A DNA stretch of 21,324 nucleotides from an uncultured bacterium (GTDB lineage Bacteria > UBP7 > UBA6624): NCBI GenBank assembly GCA_964012435.1, contig CAXGSM010000018.1, positions 1-21,324 on the forward strand, read 5' to 3'. The notes below the pieces were generated by a model. The model saw only the letters and a program-made list of their open reading frames with translations. It ran no database searches and was not told where the DNA came from. Position 1 is the first letter of the stretch; each line of letters begins with the position of its first letter. A program made the position numbers and the translations under genes. Positions 17,186-21,324 of the stretch are shown here, piece after piece.

Positions 17186-17530
17186 TTAAGATTCGTAAAC
17201 TATCAAGCACTCTTCCACCAGTCCGTCTATATCCCAATAATCTCTTGCTGCTGGCGTCATGAGGTGAATTATCGTATCCCCTAAATCTAATAAAGACCAT
17301 TCTGATTCTGCTTCAGACCCTTCAGGGTTTATTCCTTCGAGGCCATTTTTCTTTAACCATATCTTTGTGCTTTCTCTTAATGTTCTTAGGTGTGTTTTGT
17401 TTTGGGCTGTAGCGATTATGAAGTTTTTTGTCCATGTTATTTTTTTTTCAACATTAATTAGCTTTACTTCTTCAGCAAGCTCTTCAACCAACATAAGGCT
17501 TATTTTTTTTGGATTGGTAGTTTTTGTCAT
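17186..17530 (-). CDS. rsfS: Ribosome silencing factor RsfS (Iojap/YbeB)
   Basis: FIIATA...HL, EG....W.LLDLGD.IIHLM....R..W.I..L; position downstream of nadD. ATG 17530 (just after the LCP stop) is preferred over 17560. Confidence 0.88.
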   Translation of the reverse strand: MTKTTNPKKISLMLVEELAEEVKLINVEKKITWTKNFIIATAQNKTHLRTLRESTKIWLKKNGLEGINPEGSEAESEWSLLDLGDTIIHLMTPAARDYWDIDGLVEECLIVYES

Positions 17531-17532
17531 CT

Positions 17533-18357
17533 TTATTGATTTATATTCTTTGCAACCCATTGATTTAATTCATTCATTTCAGGAGACCAATAAGGACCCA
17601 TGAATTTACCCGGAAGTATTTCTGTTGAAGGAGCCTCGCCACGTGTCCTGATCCCTAAAACTAAAATTTCTTCAATCTTTAAATTAGTTTCAATATTTTT
17701 TAAGAAATTTTTTATTATGAATATTTTTTTCAGAGTTGTTGTTTTGTGGAATTTTTTTAAAATTGCGTGGGCTAATCTTTGCTGTCTTTGTATTCGCCCT
17801 ATATCTCCCAGTGCATCATTTCTAAATCTTGCATAAAGTAAAGATTGATGCCCATTCAGGTTGTGTATACCAGGTGAGAAATCAATCAATAGATTTTGAG
17901 ATTTGTCTTCATATTTCATTTCTTTTTCTATATGTACTTTTACTCCTCCCAAATCGTCTATTAGCTCTTTCAGGTTATTAAAATTAATAACTAAATATTT
18001 ATCCACTGGAATATTTGCTAATGACTGTAAGGCACCCCTTAAACCTGTTATGTTACCGTTTTCATGCCAGCTATGATTGATCCTGTTTGTTCCACTTTCA
18101 GTTTCAACCAATGTGTCTCTAGGTATTGAAAGTATTTTTGGAGAGCCGCCTTCTTTAGGTAGTGCTGTTAAAAGAATGGTGTCAGGGTTTATGTCCTCTT
18201 CTGATTGATCTAACCCAACAATTAAAACTGTTTCAGATCTTTGTTGTTTGTGTTTTTTAAAATTTTCTGGAAATTCAAAATATGAAAGAGTTAAAAAAGT
18301 CAATATGGCAAAAAACATACTTGAAAAGGTTAAGTTTAAATATTTTCTAATCATCAT
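17533..18357 (-). CDS. LytR-CpsA-Psr (LCP) family glycopolymer transferase
   Basis: N-terminal TM; LIVGLD, DTILL, LSIPRDT, RIN, IDDLGGV, YARFR....GDIGRIQRQQ. Confidence 0.92.
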   Translation of the reverse strand: MMIRKYLNLTFSSMFFAILTFLTLSYFEFPENFKKHKQQRSETVLIVGLDQSEEDINPDTILLTALPKEGGSPKILSIPRDTLVETESGTNRINHSWHENGNITGLRGALQSLANIPVDKYLVINFNNLKELIDDLGGVKVHIEKEMKYEDKSQNLLIDFSPGIHNLNGHQSLLYARFRNDALGDIGRIQRQQRLAHAILKKFHKTTTLKKIFIIKNFLKNIETNLKIEEILVLGIRTRGEAPSTEILPGKFMGPYWSPEMNELNQWVAKNINQ

Positions 18358-18910
18358 AAAGGTTGTTCATTTTTATTTGTTCTTTTATTTTTTTTGGCAC
18401 CATGGAATCAATTGATTCCTTAAGTTTAATCTTGTTTCTTATTTCTGATGATGATATTTTAACAATTTTGTTTCCAAGAAGAGTATCTTTTTTTTCTGCT
18501 TTTGAATTCATTCTTTTCGCTATAACTATAGTGCAGCTTTCAGTTAGCTTTTTGTAGTTTTTCCATGTCTGGATTTCTTTCATATTATCATCACCAATTA
18601 ATAATGATATTTTTTGATTTTTATGTATTTTTTTTACAAATTCAACTTGATCAATAGCGTAGCAAGTTTTTTTTAACCTGCCTTCAAAATCAGAAACTTT
18701 TACATTTTTGATTGCTGATGTTCCCAATTTGCATAATTTCATTCGCTCATCATAAGATACATAAATTTTTTTGCCTACTGGTGATTTGAATGTAGGAATC
18801 AGATATATAGGGTTGTATCCTTTTTTTTCTGCTGATCTAATTAAATTTAGATGACCGTTGTGGAATGGATCAAAAGACCCCCCAAAGATTAATGGTTTTA
18901 ATTCGGCCAT
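18347..18910 (-). CDS. nadD: Nicotinate-nucleotide adenylyltransferase
   Basis: FGGSFDPFHNGHL, LIGDD....I.TW, ISSSEIR. Confidence 0.92.
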   Translation of the reverse strand: MAELKPLIFGGSFDPFHNGHLNLIRSAEKKGYNPIYLIPTFKSPVGKKIYVSYDERMKLCKLGTSAIKNVKVSDFEGRLKKTCYAIDQVEFVKKIHKNQKISLLIGDDNMKEIQTWKNYKKLTESCTIVIAKRMNSKAEKKDTLLGNKIVKISSSEIRNKIKLKESIDSMVPKKIKEQIKMNNLYDD

Positions 18911-19722
18911 TGCTTGATTTCAGGAATGTTTTTTGCAAGGGTTGGTATTTTTGAGGACCCGTAGGTATATATTTTTGATTTTGTTGGAATCTTTTTTTGG
19001 ATTTCTTCAAATGTTTCATTTTCAAATGAGCCAATAAAAACAATATTTTTTGCACCTTTCATATGGTGCAGCCAGTTTTTTTCCTGATTGAAATTCGGTA
19101 TCAATAGTATTTTTTCATTTTCTTTTAGCTTGTTTACTTTAACCCCTATTATTGGATAATTTGGCATTATGTTTTCGTATTTTCTTCCTGTGAGTTTTTC
19201 ATGAACCTTTAAACAGAGAATATCGTTTGAAATGATTGCAGTATCACAAGGTATAAAGTAGCTCATTTTAAAACTTCCCTCCTCGCCCGCTTTTCCTTTG
19301 GTATGTTTTCTTGGAGACCTGTTGACAGAACTTGCAAAAGACCTGTTGCCTCTACCTCCACGACCGCCCTTTAAGCTAAGCTCTTCATCATGATTGTTTA
19401 ATTCTTTTATTATTTTTTCGTTTTCATCCCTGATGATTGTTCCAGTGGGAACCTTTAAGGCTAGTGTTTTTCCATTCCTGCCACTTTTGTTATTTTTTCC
19501 GCCAGGCATGCCATCTTCAGACTTGAAGGGTTTTGTTTTTTTGAATTTATATAAATCGAATACTGACGAGTCAGCGATTATCTTTAAATCACCACCTTTG
19601 CCACCATTGCCTCCATCAGGACCCATGCTTGCTCTGAATTTTTGCCTTAAGAAAGAAGTTTTACCATCGCCTCCAGCTCCAGCAACAAAATGAGCTTTAG
19701 CTGAATCTACGAATGAACTAAT
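18898..19722 (-). CDS. obg: Obg/CgtA-derived protein with intact N-terminal Obg fold and degenerate G domain; non-canonical start
   Basis: The frame extends upstream of the tracked Met 19626 as ISSFVDSAKAHFVAGAGGDGKTSFLRQKFRASMGPDGGNGGKGGD, then VPTGT and GGRGGRGN..F; it lies between rpmA and nadD. No GxxxxGKS, FTT, DxxG or NKxD. Confidence 0.85.
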   Translation of the reverse strand: MSSFVDSAKAHFVAGAGGDGKTSFLRQKFRASMGPDGGNGGKGGDLKIIADSSVFDLYKFKKTKPFKSEDGMPGGKNNKSGRNGKTLALKVPTGTIIRDENEKIIKELNNHDEELSLKGGRGGRGNRSFASSVNRSPRKHTKGKAGEEGSFKMSYFIPCDTAIISNDILCLKVHEKLTGRKYENIMPNYPIIGVKVNKLKENEKILLIPNFNQEKNWLHHMKGAKNIVFIGSFENETFEEIQKKIPTKSKIYTYGSSKIPTLAKNIPEIKQWPN

Positions 19723-19726
19723 GAAT

Positions 19727-19981
19727 TTACTCAGAATCTATTTGTGCTACTTTTTTATTGCCTCTTTTTTTGATGTATTTAACTATGCCATCATCTAAAG
19801 CAAATAAAGTGAAATCTTTTCCAATGCCAACATTCTTTCCAGGGTGAATGCTTTTTCCTCTCTGTCTAACTAGAACATTCCCGGCTGCAACTGCTTGACC
19901 ATCTGAACATTTGACTCCAAGACGTTTTCCTGCAGTTTTTCTTAGATTTTTAGTACTACCTTGACCTGTTTTATGTGCCAT
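19727..19981 (-). CDS. rpmA: 50S ribosomal protein bL27
   Basis: MAHK..GST.N, KRLGVK, VRQRG, HPG.NVG.GKD.TLFAL..G.V. Confidence 0.97.
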   Translation of the reverse strand: MAHKTGQGSTKNLRKTAGKRLGVKCSDGQAVAAGNVLVRQRGKSIHPGKNVGIGKDFTLFALDDGIVKYIKKRGNKKVAQIDSE

Positions 19982-19982
19982 A

Positions 19983-20297
19983 TCAACCCTCGATTTTTAA
20001 TACTTTTAATTGAGTATATTCTTGTCTATGCCCAATTATTCGTTTGTAATTTTTTTTAGGTTTGTATTTTTGAACTCTTACTTTTTTATCTTTTATATGA
20101 GAAAGAATTTGACATGTTACTTTTGCTTTTTCAACAAGTGGTTTTCCAATTTTGACCTTATCTTTATTGATCGTCATCAGAATTTCTTTAAAAATAACCT
20201 TTTTACCTTTTTCTTCATCTATCTTATCTACAAACACAATATCTCCAGAAGAAATTAACATTTGTGTTCCTGATGTTTTAATAATTGCTCTTTTCAT
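19983..20297 (-). CDS. rplU: 50S ribosomal protein bL21
   Basis: [20 protein letters not shown]....GHRQ.YT; GAAGG upstream of the start. Confidence 0.96.
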   Translation of the reverse strand: MKRAIIKTSGTQMLISSGDIVFVDKIDEEKGKKVIFKEILMTINKDKVKIGKPLVEKAKVTCQILSHIKDKKVRVQKYKPKKNYKRIIGHRQEYTQLKVLKIEG

Positions 20298-20335
20298 AAA
20301 TCAAACCTTCGTAATATACTATTATATAACTTTTT

Positions 20336-20431
20336 ATGGAAAGATTTTTTGGTCAAGTAACAAATCTAACTTTGATTCTTGTAATCATTGGTGGATTGAT
20401 TTGGTTTTTTGCATCAAGATTAAGAAGATAG
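20336..20431 (+). CDS. Putative 31-aa single-pass membrane protein MERFFGQVTNLTLILVIIGGLIWFFASRLRR
   Basis: ATG 20336 to TAG 20429-20431; hydrophobic core followed by RLRR; its stop directly abuts the convergent stop at 20432. Confidence 0.6.
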   Translation: MERFFGQVTNLTLILVIIGGLIWFFASRLRR

Positions 20432-21324
20432 TTAATCTCCTTTCCAGACGACTGCCAGCAACGCAAGACACATTTCATCTAGAGATGTATTTCCAAGTCT
20501 TACATCTATAGGTTCATTAATGTCATCGTATTCTTCCAATGCATAGGCTAGAAAAGGATTATTTAGAGTATTGTCAAAGTTACACTTAAATTCAAGCGTA
20601 TCTCCACCTTTGATCCTTGGCACAATCCACCTTCCTCCCGGAAATTTTGTATTGTAGTAGTACATTCTTTGATAATAAAAGTTGTAATTTGGAGTTGCAA
20701 TCAGACATTCCTTTTTCTTTTGATCTTTTTCTGGGTTTTTTCTGTGAAGGATGACTTCCATATTTTTGCCAAGATAGTGCATATGTGTGCCTATACCAAA
20801 TAAAGAAACTTCAGGAAAGTTTTCAGGAAGGGTAAAAAGTATGGTTTCCTCGTGATTTTTGACATTTGCAGGTATCACAAAATCAGGATACCCTTTTTCA
20901 TCATATGGTCCTGAAACAAGTCCATTTGGTATTTGGTTTCCATTTTCATCAAATCTACTATCATGCACGGATCCCCATTGCCAAACAAGAGTTTTAAACA
21001 TGGGTTCATCTTTGATAACCTCTAAAGCAAGCATTGTTGAGTCCTTTGGAGGTTCTTTGTATTCTTGATGTATGTGATAATGTATTTGCATAATTATCTT
21101 TGAGCCTTCGGGTATGTGTATCCCAGTTCCTTGTGGGGGGGTGTAGGGTGGGTATCCGGGATTCCAGCCTCCTATCAAGCTAACCTCAACACCTACATCA
21201 CCAAAACAATCATAATAACCTTTCTCTCCTGCCATCTTAGAAGAGTGCCCTTCTTTATCAAGCCATAGCCCAACATGATGCACGACCTCCTTGTTCCCAG
21301 GTGTTATTCTGAAATTGGTCATCC
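20432..21324 (-). CDS. Copper type II ascorbate-dependent monooxygenase-like (PHM/DBH fold) protein, 5' part beyond the window
   Basis: VVHHV, GWNPG, QIHYH, GTHMHYLG, DEMCL copper-ligand motifs; the reading frame is open to the window edge. Confidence 0.85.
   Translation of the reverse strand, partial: MTNFRITPGNKEVVHHVGLWLDKEGHSSKMAGEKGYYDCFGDVGVEVSLIGGWNPGYPPYTPPQGTGIHIPEGSKIIMQIHYHIHQEYKEPPKDSTMLALEVIKDEPMFKTLVWQWGSVHDSRFDENGNQIPNGLVSGPYDEKGYPDFVIPANVKNHEETILFTLPENFPEVSLFGIGTHMHYLGKNMEVILHRKNPEKDQKKKECLIATPNYNFYYQRMYYYNTKFPGGRWIVPRIKGGDTLEFKCNFDNTLNNPFLAYALEEYDDINEPIDVRLGNTSLDEMCLALLAVVWKGD

Noticed and set aside
18898..19300. Frameshift as the cause of the missing Obg P-loop
   Set aside because: Residual G-domain similarity continues in the same frame (PIIGV, WLHH, IVFI), and I saw no GxxxxGKS in the other frames at the expected position.
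20298..20431. Ribosomal protein L21 leader RNA
   Set aside because: No convincing stem-loop; a minus-strand TATAAT close to rplU implies a short leader, and the small plus-strand ORF explains the region better.
310..21068. The many 60-120 aa ORFs in the track that overlap the called genes (e.g. 310-555, 1768-2004, 4999-5304, 12830-13159, 16410-16718, 19394-19693, 20152-20511)
   Set aside because: They are antisense or alternate-frame shadows of well-supported genes and carry no motifs of their own.

Overview
AT-rich (roughly one-third GC by eye, not counted), very tightly packed bacterial chromosomal window. It is mostly housekeeping: a J-domain protein, yaaA, DUF1028-TPR, a PQQ-type sugar dehydrogenase, a VKOR-like gene next to ispH, two LMW-PTP/ArsC-fold genes, a DAACS symporter, a CPBP protease, a complete sufCBDSU operon, an MFS transporter, tRNA-Arg(TCT) and tRNA-Ala(GGC) bracketing a GH10 xylanase and two unknown ORFs, the rplU-rpmA-obg-nadD-LCP-rsfS operon, and the 3' part of a copper monooxygenase-like gene. 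No transposase, integrase or CRISPR array was seen. The standout is obg: it sits in its usual position with an intact Gly-rich N-terminal Obg fold, but its G domain has lost the GTP-binding motifs, and the full-length protein requires a non-canonical start codon (ATT or CTG). Also notable: a 31-aa single-TM ORF missing from the ORF track that abuts the next gene exactly, overlapping back-to-back leaderless-type -10 boxes, a VKOR with only one loop cysteine, and a possible -1 frameshift joining a secreted protein to a small Cys/His module. All family assignments come from motif recognition by eye, without database searches.
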